From an uncultured Rubrobacteraceae bacterium (GTDB lineage Bacteria; Actinomycetota; Rubrobacteria; Rubrobacterales; Rubrobacteraceae), in NCBI GenBank assembly GCA_963811295.1, contig CAWEQZ010000053.1, positions 9,751 through 73,750 on the forward strand: a stretch of DNA of 64,000 nucleotides, written 5' to 3'. The stretch's first letter is position 1; each line of letters starts with the position of its first letter. A program made the position numbers and the translations under genes. The notes under the pieces are model-generated. The model saw only the letters and a program-made list of their open reading frames with translations. It was not told where the DNA came from and made no database searches. Positions 41,523-51,000 of the stretch are shown here, one piece after another.

Positions 41523-42218
41523 CTAGGTCAGGGAGAACGTAGACTTGTGCTCCACGTACTCTACGCTCACGCCCTCTGGCCCGCGGACGAAGACGGCGAG
41601 GGTGTTCGGGCCATCTACGAAGTCCTGCACCTCCAGCCCCCGCTCCTCGGCCTCCTTGCGGTGGTCCTCCGCCGAATCTACGAGGCAACCGACGTGGAAG
41701 AGCATGCCTCCTCCGTTTGCATCAGAGGCTGAGTCGGTGAGGCCCATGGTGTACTCGCCCGCTTTCACAGAGGTGGCGTCGTCTCCTGGGGCGAAGCCCA
41801 TCTCGACGAAGGTGCGCGCGGACTCCTCGGGGGATCCCGATCGCAGGACCAAGCCATCGAGGTCGTAGTCCGCGAACGCTCCTTCGCCAGGAACCAGGGC
41901 GAGCGGAAGCCCTTCAGGGCCCGTGAAAGAGTATCCTCCGTCGTGCGGTTTGGTCCCCGCTTCTTGCGGGAGTCTCGCTGCGGCACCGTCCGGGTCGGCC
42001 ACGCGTATGGTTATGCGTTCGATCTCCCCCGGGGAAGGCGCCGTACCATGCGGGGCGTCGAATAGGGTGAGCTTGCCGAGCCTGCCACCGGCCCCCACCA
42101 GGGTGTAACGTTCCGTGTGGTCCACGACGTGGAACCCGAGGTGCGTGGTCAGGAACCCGGCGGCAGAATCCCGATCGCCCATATAGAGTGCTATGTGATC
42201 CAATCTCTTTACCTTCAT
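41523..42218 (-). CDS. VOC/glyoxalase-family protein
   Basis: RLDHIAL, FHVGC, GPEGVSVEYV. Confidence 0.8.
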   Translation of the reverse strand: MKVKRLDHIALYMGDRDSAAGFLTTHLGFHVVDHTERYTLVGAGGRLGKLTLFDAPHGTAPSPGEIERITIRVADPDGAAARLPQEAGTKPHDGGYSFTGPEGLPLALVPGEGAFADYDLDGLVLRSGSPEESARTFVEMGFAPGDDATSVKAGEYTMGLTDSASDANGGGMLFHVGCLVDSAEDHRKEAEERGLEVQDFVDGPNTLAVFVRGPEGVSVEYVEHKSTFSLT

Positions 42219-42316
42219 GGATTCTCCTCCATACGCTGTTCTCCTCCGAAAAGATAGCATGTGGTGCGTAATCTAGTAGATCGCTTCTGGTTTAACGTAC
42301 GCAGCGACCGCCGCAG

Positions 42317-42343
42317 TGGATTCCCGCGTTCGCGGGAATGACG
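42317..42343. repeat. CGTC-type REP
   Basis: tggattcccgcg-tt-cgcgggaatgacg; second copy at 62414. Confidence 0.8.
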
Positions 42344-42463
42344 GGAGGAGAAGAGTCATCTCAGTCGCAACCTTGCGGCGGGGACGCCCGTGCTACGAAG
42401 CGCGCGTTTCGTCCCTAGAAGGCTTAGACTATGGTCGTTGGTCTTCCAGACAGAGGAGTAGCA

Positions 42464-43639
42464 TTGGAACGCACGGTTATCCTCGGGGCGGCACGCACAC
42501 CCTTCGGCAAGTTCGGCGGCGCATTGTCCTCTCTGAGCGCTACGGAGCTCGGTGGTGCGGCGATCAGGGACGCTATGGACCGCTCCGGCATCGAAGTCGA
42601 AGACCTGCAGCACTCCATCTTCGGTATCGTGGTGCAGGCCGGGGTAGGGCAGATCCCATCCCGCCAGGCCAACTTCCACGCAGGTCTCCCTTTCTCCCTG
42701 ACGACAGAGACCTTGAATCAGGTATGCGCCTCTGGGCTGAGAAGCGCGACGCTCGCCGAGACCCTGATCCGGGCCGAAGACTACGACGTGATCCTGGCCG
42801 GCGGCATGGAAAGCATGTCGAACGCCCCTTACCTGTTGCCAAAAGCCCGCTGGGGGGCGCGCATGGGCGACATGCCGGCGCTCGATGCCATGATGCACGA
42901 CGGCCTGCTCGACGCCTTCGAGCACGTGAATATGATCCGTTTCGGCACCGAAGGAGCGAGAAAGTTCGAAATCTCCCGCGAAGAGCAAGACGAATGGGCG
43001 CTCAGAAGCCACGAGCGCGCCGCCGCGGCGACCGATGAAGGGCGGCTATCCGAAGAGATCGTCGGCGTCAAAGTCCCTGGCAAAATGGGACAGACAGACT
43101 ATGTTGAAGTCGACGAGCCGATCCGGCGCGACACTACCCTGGAAAAGCTGGCGTCTCTTGCGCCCCTGGACGAAGGCGGCATCGTGACCGCGGGCAATGC
43201 ACCTGGCGTCACAGACGGCGCCGGCGCCCTCGTGCTCGCGGGCGAGGGTTTCGCCGAACAGCGCGGCTTCGAACCTCTCGGTTCCATTGTGGCGCACGCC
43301 AAGGTAGCCGAGGAACCGCCCAATCTGCTCACAGTTCCAGGGAACGCGGGCAAGCTCGCGCTCGAAAAGGCCGGATGGAGCGCAGATGACCTGGATCTCG
43401 TCGAGATAAACGAGGCCTTCGCCGGAGTTGCGATCCACTCCACACGCATACTCGGCGTGGACCCCGACATCGTCAACGTCAACGGCGGCGCCCTGGCGCT
43501 CGGCCATCCCGTAGGCGCCTCAGGCGCGCGCATCCTGACCACGCTCCTCTACGAGCTGCGGCGCAGGGGAGGAGGAAAAGGTCTCGCGGCCATCTGTTCC
43601 GGCGGCGGCCAGGGCGACGCCGTGCTCGTAGAGGTATGA
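42464..43639 (+). CDS. Acetyl-CoA acetyltransferase (thiolase)
   Basis: NQVCASG, NEAF, GHPVGASG, CSGGGQG. Confidence 0.95.
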   Translation: MERTVILGAARTPFGKFGGALSSLSATELGGAAIRDAMDRSGIEVEDLQHSIFGIVVQAGVGQIPSRQANFHAGLPFSLTTETLNQVCASGLRSATLAETLIRAEDYDVILAGGMESMSNAPYLLPKARWGARMGDMPALDAMMHDGLLDAFEHVNMIRFGTEGARKFEISREEQDEWALRSHERAAAATDEGRLSEEIVGVKVPGKMGQTDYVEVDEPIRRDTTLEKLASLAPLDEGGIVTAGNAPGVTDGAGALVLAGEGFAEQRGFEPLGSIVAHAKVAEEPPNLLTVPGNAGKLALEKAGWSADDLDLVEINEAFAGVAIHSTRILGVDPDIVNVNGGALALGHPVGASGARILTTLLYELRRRGGGKGLAAICSGGGQGDAVLVEV

Positions 43640-43648
43640 GCGACACAT

Positions 43649-43690
43649 GTAGGGCGGTTCGCGAATCTCCCTAAGGCGAACCGCTCCTAC
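43649..43690. repeat. GTAG-type REP hairpin
   Basis: GTAGGGCGGTTCGC...GCGAACCGCTCCTAC. Confidence 0.75.
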
Positions 43691-43709
43691 CGAAAGGAGC
43701 CGTGCAGAG

Positions 43710-44189
43710 ATGAGCGAAGGCGAAAAAAACAACCCGGACAATCCGGGTGTGATCGCACCTCCGCCCCTGATCTACGCTGGCGCCCTCGCCGCCGGCCTGA
43801 TTGCGAACCGCCGCTACCACATACCCTTCCTGCCGCGTAGAATCGCGCGGACGCTAGGCGCTCCTCTGGTCATGGGCGGGCTGGCGATAGGGCTCCTCGG
43901 AGATCGCGAGATGCGCCGGGCCGAGACCAACACCAATCCGTACAAGCCGGCGACTAGCGTCGTTACCGGGGGTCCTTTCCGGTTCACCCGCAATCCTCTG
44001 TATCTGAGCATGGTCCTGATCTACTTGGGCATCGCCGCCCTCACCAACGCGCTCGCGCCCATCTTGCTGTTCCCCCTAGTCCAGCGCCTGATGCGCCGGG
44101 GCGTCATCGAGCGCGAGGAACGCTACCTCGAAAGTAAGTTCGGTAACGAGTACGTGCAGTACAAGGGAAAGGTGCCGCGTTGGATCTGA
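43710..44189 (+). CDS. Isoprenylcysteine carboxylmethyltransferase/PEMT-family protein
   Basis: GPFRFTRNPLYL, EREERYLESKFGNEY..Y..KVPRWI. Confidence 0.88.
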   Translation: MSEGEKNNPDNPGVIAPPPLIYAGALAAGLIANRRYHIPFLPRRIARTLGAPLVMGGLAIGLLGDREMRRAETNTNPYKPATSVVTGGPFRFTRNPLYLSMVLIYLGIAALTNALAPILLFPLVQRLMRRGVIEREERYLESKFGNEYVQYKGKVPRWI

Positions 44190-44201
44190 ACGAAAGGAGC
44201 A

Positions 44202-44676
44202 ATGTGTTTCCGCACGGCGACGCCTCCCTCGGATCGCGCCGGGAGCCAGTGTTATCGGGGACGTCCACCTGGGTGAAGAATCGAGCGTCTGGTACGGGGC
44301 CGTGTTGCGCGGCGACACGGAGCCCATCCGTGTCGGAGCCAGGACCAACGTGCAGGACGGCTGCATCCTCCACGCCGACCCCGCGGTCGTCGGCGAGGGA
44401 TGCGTCCTGGGCCACAATGCGGTCGTGCATGGGTGCGAGATCGAGGACCACTGTCTCGTGGGAATGGGGTGTACCATCCTCAACGGCGCAAAGATCGGTG
44501 AGGGCGCCGTCGTCCCCGAGGGCCGCGAGTTCCCGCCCCACAGCCTCATTGTCGGTGTTCCCGCCAAACGCGTCGGCGACGTGAGCGAGGAGCAGGCCGG
44601 AGACATAGCCCGCGGCGCGAACGAGTACGTCGAGCGCGCCAAAGCGCACCGGGAGTCGTTGGGAGGCGGGGGCTAG
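44202..44676 (+). pseudogene. Gamma-carbonic-anhydrase-family (YrdA-like) gene with 5' frameshifts and small deletions
   Basis: VIGDVHLG, WYGAVLRGD, NVQDGCILH, GHNAVVHG; the ATG behind the RBS is out of frame with the body. Confidence 0.8.
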
Positions 44677-47600
44677 GTTCGGGCGGTGGCTTTTGCCTCC
44701 TCTGGGGGGGATTCCGGTGTCGTTATGAGGTTCCGGATCTCCCGCAGCGCGACCGAGAGGGTGGAGAGATCGAAGGTACCGCTAGAGTTTATGTCGGCGA
44801 GGACCTGCAGGGTGCGTTCGGCGGGTCCTTTGTTATCTTCGATCCATTCTTCTATGCGTTCGTCGACGGGTTTGTCGTCCGGGGTGTCGGTCAGTACCTC
44901 CGCGGCGAGGGCAGCCTGCTGGTTGTAGATGTCGTCGCGCAGGGCCGAGCGCGCGAGCGTGCGCCAGCGGTTGTCGCGGGGGAGCGCCTCGATGTGGCGG
45001 CGTAACCAGTGGAGCCTCAGCCTATCGCCCAGGACGAAGTAGACGGCCGCTGTCGTATCCAGAGACTCTCCCGTCGAGTTGGCCACGTCGGTAATATCCA
45101 GCGCGGAGAACATCGGTCCTAAAATGGCGGCCCGCTTTGCCAGATCCGGCGGCACGTTCGCGTCTATCAGGCGCTGGGCGGCGTTCTCTACCGCTTCGCG
45201 GTCGCCGTCGAGCAGGATCTCGGGGATGCGTTCGGAGAGCTCCGTGGCCCCTTCGGAGAAGTGCGAGATCGTCGCCCCTATATCTAGCGGCGGACGGCGG
45301 TAGCGGAGCAGCCAGCGCGTGGCGCGCTCGACGAGCGTGCGGGCGTCGAGCATTATCCTGGTCTGTACACTCGCCTCGACCATGTTGTCCAGGGCTTCTA
45401 TGCCGTCCCACAGGGTGCGCATGTCGAAGATCTCCCGCGCCGCCATGTACGCTCGCGCGATATCCGGTGCCGCGGCTCCCGTCTCCTCACCCAGCCTGAA
45501 TACGAAGGAAGGACCGTTGCGGTTCACCAGGCTGTTCGTGACGTGGGTGGCCGTGATCTGCCGGTGCAGCCTGTGCTCGTGGATCTGTTCCGAGAACTGC
45601 TCTCTCAACGGTGTCGGGAAGTACCTCTCCAGCTCTCGCGAGAGATAGGTGTCCTCTGGGGCGTCCGAGTTCAGGAGGTCCTGGTAAGTAGTGATCTTGC
45701 TGTAGGACAACAGTATGGCGAGCTCGGGAGCAGTAAGCCCCTTGTTATCGGAGCGCCGCTCGCCGAGTTCCTCGTCGTCGGGCAAGAACTCGAGGCTGCG
45801 GTCGAGCCTGCCCTCGTGCTCCAGGGAATGGATGTAGCGGGCGTGCACGTCGACCATGGGGTGCGCGAGGGCGAGAGCCTGGTTTATCGCCTGGGTCTGC
45901 TGGTAGTTGTCGCGCAGAACGAGGTCCCCGACCTCATCGGTCATGCTGGCGAGCAGCTCGTTGCGCTGCTTTTCGGTCATGTCGCCGGCCTCGACGATGG
46001 CGTCGAGCAGGATCTTGATGTTCACCTCGTGGTCGGAGCAGTCGACACCAGCGGAGTTGTCGATGGCGTCCATGTAGATCCTACCGCCCGAGAGCGCGTA
46101 CTCTATGCGTCCCATCTGCGTGAACCCGAGGTTCCCACCCTCCCCGACCACCCTGCATCCGAGCTCGTTCCCGTCTACCCTGAGGACGTCGTTCGCCCTG
46201 TCGCCTACCTCGGCGTTGCTCTCGAAACTGGCCTTGACGTAGGTCCCTATGCCTCCGTTCCACAGCAGGTCGACCTGGGCCTTGAGCATCGCGTTTATGA
46301 GTTCGGCCGGCGTCATGGACTCGGCCTCGATGTCGAGCATCTCGCGCACCTGCGAGGAGAGCGGTATAGACTTGGCCGCGCGGGGGAAGATGCCGCCGCC
46401 TTCGGAGATGAGGTTCTCGTCGTAGTCCGTCCACGAAGAGCGGGGTAGTCCGAAGAGGCGCTCGCGCTCCTCGAAGCTCTTCTCGGGATCGGGATCGGGA
46501 TCGAGGAAGATGTGCATGTGGTTGAAGGCGCCGACGAGCTTTATGTGGCGGCTCAGGAGCATACCGTTGCCGAACACGTCGCCCGACATGTCCCCGATAC
46601 CGACGACGGTGAAGTCCTCCATTTGGATGTTCTTGCCGAGCTCCCGGAAGTGGCGGCTCACCGACTCCCAGGCTCCCCTCGCCGTTATGCCCATCTCCTT
46701 GTGGTCGTAGCCGACGGAGCCACCCGAGGCGAAGGCGTCGCCGAGCCAGAAGCCGTACTCGGCCGAGAGGCCGTTGGCGATGTCCGAGAAGGTCGCCGTG
46801 CCCTTGTCCGCCGCGACGACGAGGTAGGGGTCGTCATCGTCATAGCGCGTAACGTCGGGCGGAGGGACGATCTCGTCGCCCGAGATATTGTCCGTAATAT
46901 CCAGCATGCCCCGGATCAGGGTCTTGTAACAGGCTATGACCTCCTGCTGCAGGGCCTCGCGGCCTCCTTGTGCGGGCGGGCGCTTCACCACGAAACCACC
47001 CTTCGCCCCGACGGGGACTATCACGGCGTTCTTCACCGTCTGGGCCTTCATGAGGCCGAGGATCTCGGTCCTGAAATCCTCGCGCCTGTCCGACCAGCGG
47101 ATCCCGCCGCGGGCGACCTCTCCGCCGCGCAGGTGTACCCCCTCGGTGCGCGGGGAGTAGACGAAGATCTCGAAGCGGGGCAATGGCAGCGGCAGGCCCG
47201 GGATCCTCTCGGGGTCGAGCTTGAAAGAGAGGTGCGCTTTGGGATCCCCATCCGGCGTGCTCTGGTAGTAGTTCGTCCGCAGGGTAGCCAGGGTGATGTC
47301 GAGGAACGAACGCAGGATGCGGTCCTCGTCCAGGCTCACGACCTCCTCGAGGGCTTCCTCGATCTCTCCCTTCAACCGCCTGCTCTCCGCCTCAGCTTTG
47401 TTCTGGCGCGACGGATCGAGACGTGCCTCGAAGAGATCCACGATGAGCCTGGTTATGTGGTGGTTGTCGACGAGGGCGTCTTCCATGTAGTTCTGGGAGA
47501 ACGTCGAGCCGGCCTGGCGTAAGTACTTGCAGTAGGCCCTGAGGACCGAGATCTCACGCCACGGAAGACGGGCGCGCAACACGAGGCGGTTGAAGCCATC

Positions 47601-49538
47601 ATTCTCGACGGTCCCGCGCCACGCCCGGACGAAGGCGTTCTGGAAGATCTCTTTGACCTCCCCGGTCTGCAGCTCATCGCCGTCCTCGTGGACGAGGCCG
47701 AAGTCGTAGATCCAGACCGGAGGCGAGCCCGCCGGCTTTACCTCGTGCGGACGCTCGTCGACCACCTCGACGCCCATGTCCTCCAGAAGCGGCAGGATCT
47801 CAGAGAGCGAGACCTGCTCGCCGAGCCTGAATAGCTTGAACCCGAGGAAGTTCTCAGGCTCTTCGATGGGGTGGTAGAGGCTCATCCCCAGGTCGTCCTC
47901 GGACTTCAAGGTCTCCATCCGCTGGACGTCCGAGACGGCCGTGCGGGGCAGAAAGCCTGCGCGGTAGCCGGGGGAGAAGGCGTCGCGGTACTTGCGGAAC
48001 AGCTCTATGCCCTGCTCCTCCCCGCACTGTTCGATCATGGCGTCGTAGAGGTTGTCCGTCCAGGAGCGGGTCGTCTCGACGATGTGGGCTTCGATCTGCT
48101 CCTCATCGTATTCCGGGGTGTCTCCCGGCTTCGTGTAGATTATGAAGTGGATGCGTGCGAGCACGGACTCCGAGAGCCTGACGTTGAACTCCACGTTCGC
48201 CCCATCGAAGGCCTTGAGGAGTATGTCTTGCATGCGTTCCCGGATCACGGTGTTGTAGCGGTCACGGGGCACGAAGACGAGGCAGGAGAAAAAGCGTCCG
48301 TAGGTGTCACGCCTGACGAAGAACCTGACGCGCTGTCGCTCCTGCAGGTGGAGTATGCCCATCGCTATCTCGAAGAGCTCCTCTTTGGAGATCTGGAACA
48401 GCTCGTCGGGCGGGTAGGTTTCCAGGATCTCGATCAGGTCCTTCTCGTTGTGGCTCCCCTGGGGGAAGCCTGCCCTCTCCAGAACGTAACGCACCTTGCG
48501 CCTGACGAGCGGGATGTCGAATGCGCTCGTGCTGTAGGCGGTGAAGGTGTAAAGCCCGAGGACCCGCTGCTCTCCCGTGACCTCGCCAGACTCGTCGAAC
48601 TTCTTGATGCCGATGTAGTCCAGGTAGGAGGGTCTGTGCACCGTCGCCCGCGAGTTCGCCTTCGTCAGATTCAGCAGCTTGGGCGTGCGGGCGAGCCGCC
48701 TCACCCCGGGCGGGAGCTCGGCGAAGCTGCGGGAGACTGGTCCCGACTCCTTCTGCCTCAGGATGCCGAGCCCCGACCCCTGCACGGCGCAGAGGGCCTC
48801 TTCGCCGTTCTGCGTGGTCAGGTCGTACTCGCGGTAGCCGAGGAACGTGAAGTTGTCGTCGTCGATCCACTCCAGGAACGCTCGGGTCTCGGCCAGATCC
48901 TCAGGCTCGAAGTCGGGCGGGTTCTCCCCGAGCCCGGAGGCTATCTCCCCGACCCTCCCGCGCATCTCGGGCCAGTCCTCCACGGCCGCCTTCACGTCTG
49001 CAAGGGTCTTCTGGATGGCTTGCTTCAAGTCTTCGAGCACGAACGGCTCCGTCTGGCGGTCTACCTCGACGTGGATCACGGACTCGGAGATAGCGTCTTC
49101 CTCGTCTGAGTCGGGGGGGAGGACTTCGAGTAGCCGACCTTCCTCGTCGCGGCGCACTTTCATGACGGGGTGGAGGATCATGTGTATGGCGTAGCCCTGG
49201 CGGTTTACCGCCATCCTCGTCGAGTCGACCAGGAAGGGCATATCGTTGTTCACCATCTCTACAACGGTATGGGTCGACTGCCAGCCGTGTTCCTCGAAAT
49301 GGGGGTTGTAGACCCTGATCTTCCACTCCCCTACTTCGCGCCGCCCCGCGAAGCTCCAGTGGGAGAGTGCGGCCCCATAAGCGTCTATCGGGGAGCGGTC
49401 CTCCAGGTCAGCCTCGTCGACCCATCCGTAGTATTGACGAGCGAACTCCTCGACCTGCGGTGCCTGATCCTCCGGCATCTGCTCCCTGATTCGGGCTACG
49501 ACCTTGTCCAGAAGTTCGTCTTTAACCAGCATCGGCAC
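44673..49538 (-). CDS. Large NAD-specific glutamate dehydrogenase
   Basis: 1621 aa; ARGGIRWSDR, KNAVIVPVGAKGG, VAADKGTA, GDMSGDVFGNG, DCSDHEVNIK. Confidence 0.96.
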   Translation of the reverse strand: MPMLVKDELLDKVVARIREQMPEDQAPQVEEFARQYYGWVDEADLEDRSPIDAYGAALSHWSFAGRREVGEWKIRVYNPHFEEHGWQSTHTVVEMVNNDMPFLVDSTRMAVNRQGYAIHMILHPVMKVRRDEEGRLLEVLPPDSDEEDAISESVIHVEVDRQTEPFVLEDLKQAIQKTLADVKAAVEDWPEMRGRVGEIASGLGENPPDFEPEDLAETRAFLEWIDDDNFTFLGYREYDLTTQNGEEALCAVQGSGLGILRQKESGPVSRSFAELPPGVRRLARTPKLLNLTKANSRATVHRPSYLDYIGIKKFDESGEVTGEQRVLGLYTFTAYSTSAFDIPLVRRKVRYVLERAGFPQGSHNEKDLIEILETYPPDELFQISKEELFEIAMGILHLQERQRVRFFVRRDTYGRFFSCLVFVPRDRYNTVIRERMQDILLKAFDGANVEFNVRLSESVLARIHFIIYTKPGDTPEYDEEQIEAHIVETTRSWTDNLYDAMIEQCGEEQGIELFRKYRDAFSPGYRAGFLPRTAVSDVQRMETLKSEDDLGMSLYHPIEEPENFLGFKLFRLGEQVSLSEILPLLEDMGVEVVDERPHEVKPAGSPPVWIYDFGLVHEDGDELQTGEVKEIFQNAFVRAWRGTVENDGFNRLVLRARLPWREISVLRAYCKYLRQAGSTFSQNYMEDALVDNHHITRLIVDLFEARLDPSRQNKAEAESRRLKGEIEEALEEVVSLDEDRILRSFLDITLATLRTNYYQSTPDGDPKAHLSFKLDPERIPGLPLPLPRFEIFVYSPRTEGVHLRGGEVARGGIRWSDRREDFRTEILGLMKAQTVKNAVIVPVGAKGGFVVKRPPAQGGREALQQEVIACYKTLIRGMLDITDNISGDEIVPPPDVTRYDDDDPYLVVAADKGTATFSDIANGLSAEYGFWLGDAFASGGSVGYDHKEMGITARGAWESVSRHFRELGKNIQMEDFTVVGIGDMSGDVFGNGMLLSRHIKLVGAFNHMHIFLDPDPDPEKSFEERERLFGLPRSSWTDYDENLISEGGGIFPRAAKSIPLSSQVREMLDIEAESMTPAELINAMLKAQVDLLWNGGIGTYVKASFESNAEVGDRANDVLRVDGNELGCRVVGEGGNLGFTQMGRIEYALSGGRIYMDAIDNSAGVDCSDHEVNIKILLDAIVEAGDMTEKQRNELLASMTDEVGDLVLRDNYQQTQAINQALALAHPMVDVHARYIHSLEHEGRLDRSLEFLPDDEELGERRSDNKGLTAPELAILLSYSKITTYQDLLNSDAPEDTYLSRELERYFPTPLREQFSEQIHEHRLHRQITATHVTNSLVNRNGPSFVFRLGEETGAAAPDIARAYMAAREIFDMRTLWDGIEALDNMVEASVQTRIMLDARTLVERATRWLLRYRRPPLDIGATISHFSEGATELSERIPEILLDGDREAVENAAQRLIDANVPPDLAKRAAILGPMFSALDITDVANSTGESLDTTAAVYFVLGDRLRLHWLRRHIEALPRDNRWRTLARSALRDDIYNQQAALAAEVLTDTPDDKPVDERIEEWIEDNKGPAERTLQVLADINSSGTFDLSTLSVALREIRNLITTPESPPEEAKATART

Positions 49539-49755
49539 GCCTCCCTCGGCGGTTCCCTTCTACCCGGAAGGTCCATTATAATCCCGCGCCGTTTCCCGGT
49601 CAGGCGCGTGAAGAGGGTCTCCCCGGATCTGGCGGGGCACGGTCGCCCCGCGAAGCGGCCCATACGTGCTAAGGTCCTATCGGACTGAGGTAGGATTGGT
49701 TACCCGAATGACCAGTACGAGGTACAAGACGATCATCGGGGAGTAGGAGGATCTC

Positions 49756-50943
49756 GTGAACTTCGATCTCTGTACGGACCAGCAAGATACCAAGAATCGC
49801 GCAGCAAGGTTCGCCGATGAGGAAGTAGCGCCTCGCGCGATGGAGTTGGACCGGGACGACGTGGTCCCTTTCAAGACGCTGGAGAAGATGGCCGACGCCG
49901 GGTTCATGGGCCTGTGTGTACCGAAAGTGTACGGCGGGGCCGGGATGGACTTCATGTCTTATTGTCTCCTGATCGAGGAGATCAGCCGCGCTGACGCCGG
50001 GGTGGGCGTAACGCTCGCGGTCCACACCAGCGCGGGCACACTGCCCATCGTGATGTTCGGCACCGAAGTGCAGAAGGCGCGGTGGGTGCCGCCCCTGGCG
50101 CGCGGAGAGAGCATAGGATGCTTCGCCCTTACGGAACCGGAGACTGGCTCCGACGCCTCGGCGATCCAGGCGCGGGCCAAGAAGGTCGAGGGCGGCTACC
50201 GCATTTCGGGGCACAAGCAGTGGGTCACGAACGGACGCGTCGCAGGGACCATGATCCTCTTCGCCCGTACGGAGGGCGGAGCCAGAGAAGGCATTACGGC
50301 TTTCGTCGTTCCCATGGAGGCCGAAGGAATCTCCTTCGGCAAACACGCCGAGAAGATGGGCGTTATCTCCGCAACCACGGACGACGTCCTCTTCGATAAC
50401 GTCTACGTCCCTGAAGAGGACCTGCTCGGAGAAGAGGGCAGAGGGCTTCGCGTCGCGCTCGGGACGCTGGATACGGGCAGGATCGGGATAGCCGCGCAGG
50501 CCACGGGCATCGCCGAGGCGGCCTACCGCTACGCCACGCGATACGCCGCAGGGCGCGCCACGTTCGGGAAGCCGATCTCCGAGCATCAGGCGATAGCCTT
50601 CAAGCTGGCCGACATGCAGACGAAGATCAGGGCTGCCCGACTCCTCGTATACGAGGCGGCCTGGATGAAAGACCAGGATATGCCGCACGGAGAAGCTGGA
50701 GCCCGCGCCAAGCTCTACACCTCACAGATAGCGAACGAGGTAGCGTACGAAGCCGTCCAGGTCCTCGGCGGCAGGGGATACATGAAGGACCATCCTGTAG
50801 AGCGTTACTACAGAGACGCTAGGGTGACGGAGATCTACGAAGGCACCAGCGAGATTCAACGCCTCGTCATCTCCCGCGCCATCCTCAGGGAACAGGCCAA
50901 AGCCCCTGGCAGCGTCGAGGAGTCGCGGCCCGTCGTAGGTTGA
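49756..50943 (+). CDS. Acyl-CoA dehydrogenase (short/branched-chain type)
   Basis: FALTEPETGSD, GRIGIAAQ, QVLGG, IYEGTSEIQR. Confidence 0.94.
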   Translation: MNFDLCTDQQDTKNRAARFADEEVAPRAMELDRDDVVPFKTLEKMADAGFMGLCVPKVYGGAGMDFMSYCLLIEEISRADAGVGVTLAVHTSAGTLPIVMFGTEVQKARWVPPLARGESIGCFALTEPETGSDASAIQARAKKVEGGYRISGHKQWVTNGRVAGTMILFARTEGGAREGITAFVVPMEAEGISFGKHAEKMGVISATTDDVLFDNVYVPEEDLLGEEGRGLRVALGTLDTGRIGIAAQATGIAEAAYRYATRYAAGRATFGKPISEHQAIAFKLADMQTKIRAARLLVYEAAWMKDQDMPHGEAGARAKLYTSQIANEVAYEAVQVLGGRGYMKDHPVERYYRDARVTEIYEGTSEIQRLVISRAILREQAKAPGSVEESRPVVG

Positions 50944-51000
50944 GCACCTGCTTATGCTACAGTCTTGGCGCAGGGATTAGAGACGCAGGAGGAGCACGCC

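Noticed and set aside
49540-51000. Cobalamin riboswitch upstream of the acyl-CoA dehydrogenase/mutase genes
   Set aside because: No B12-box or other conserved elements were seen.
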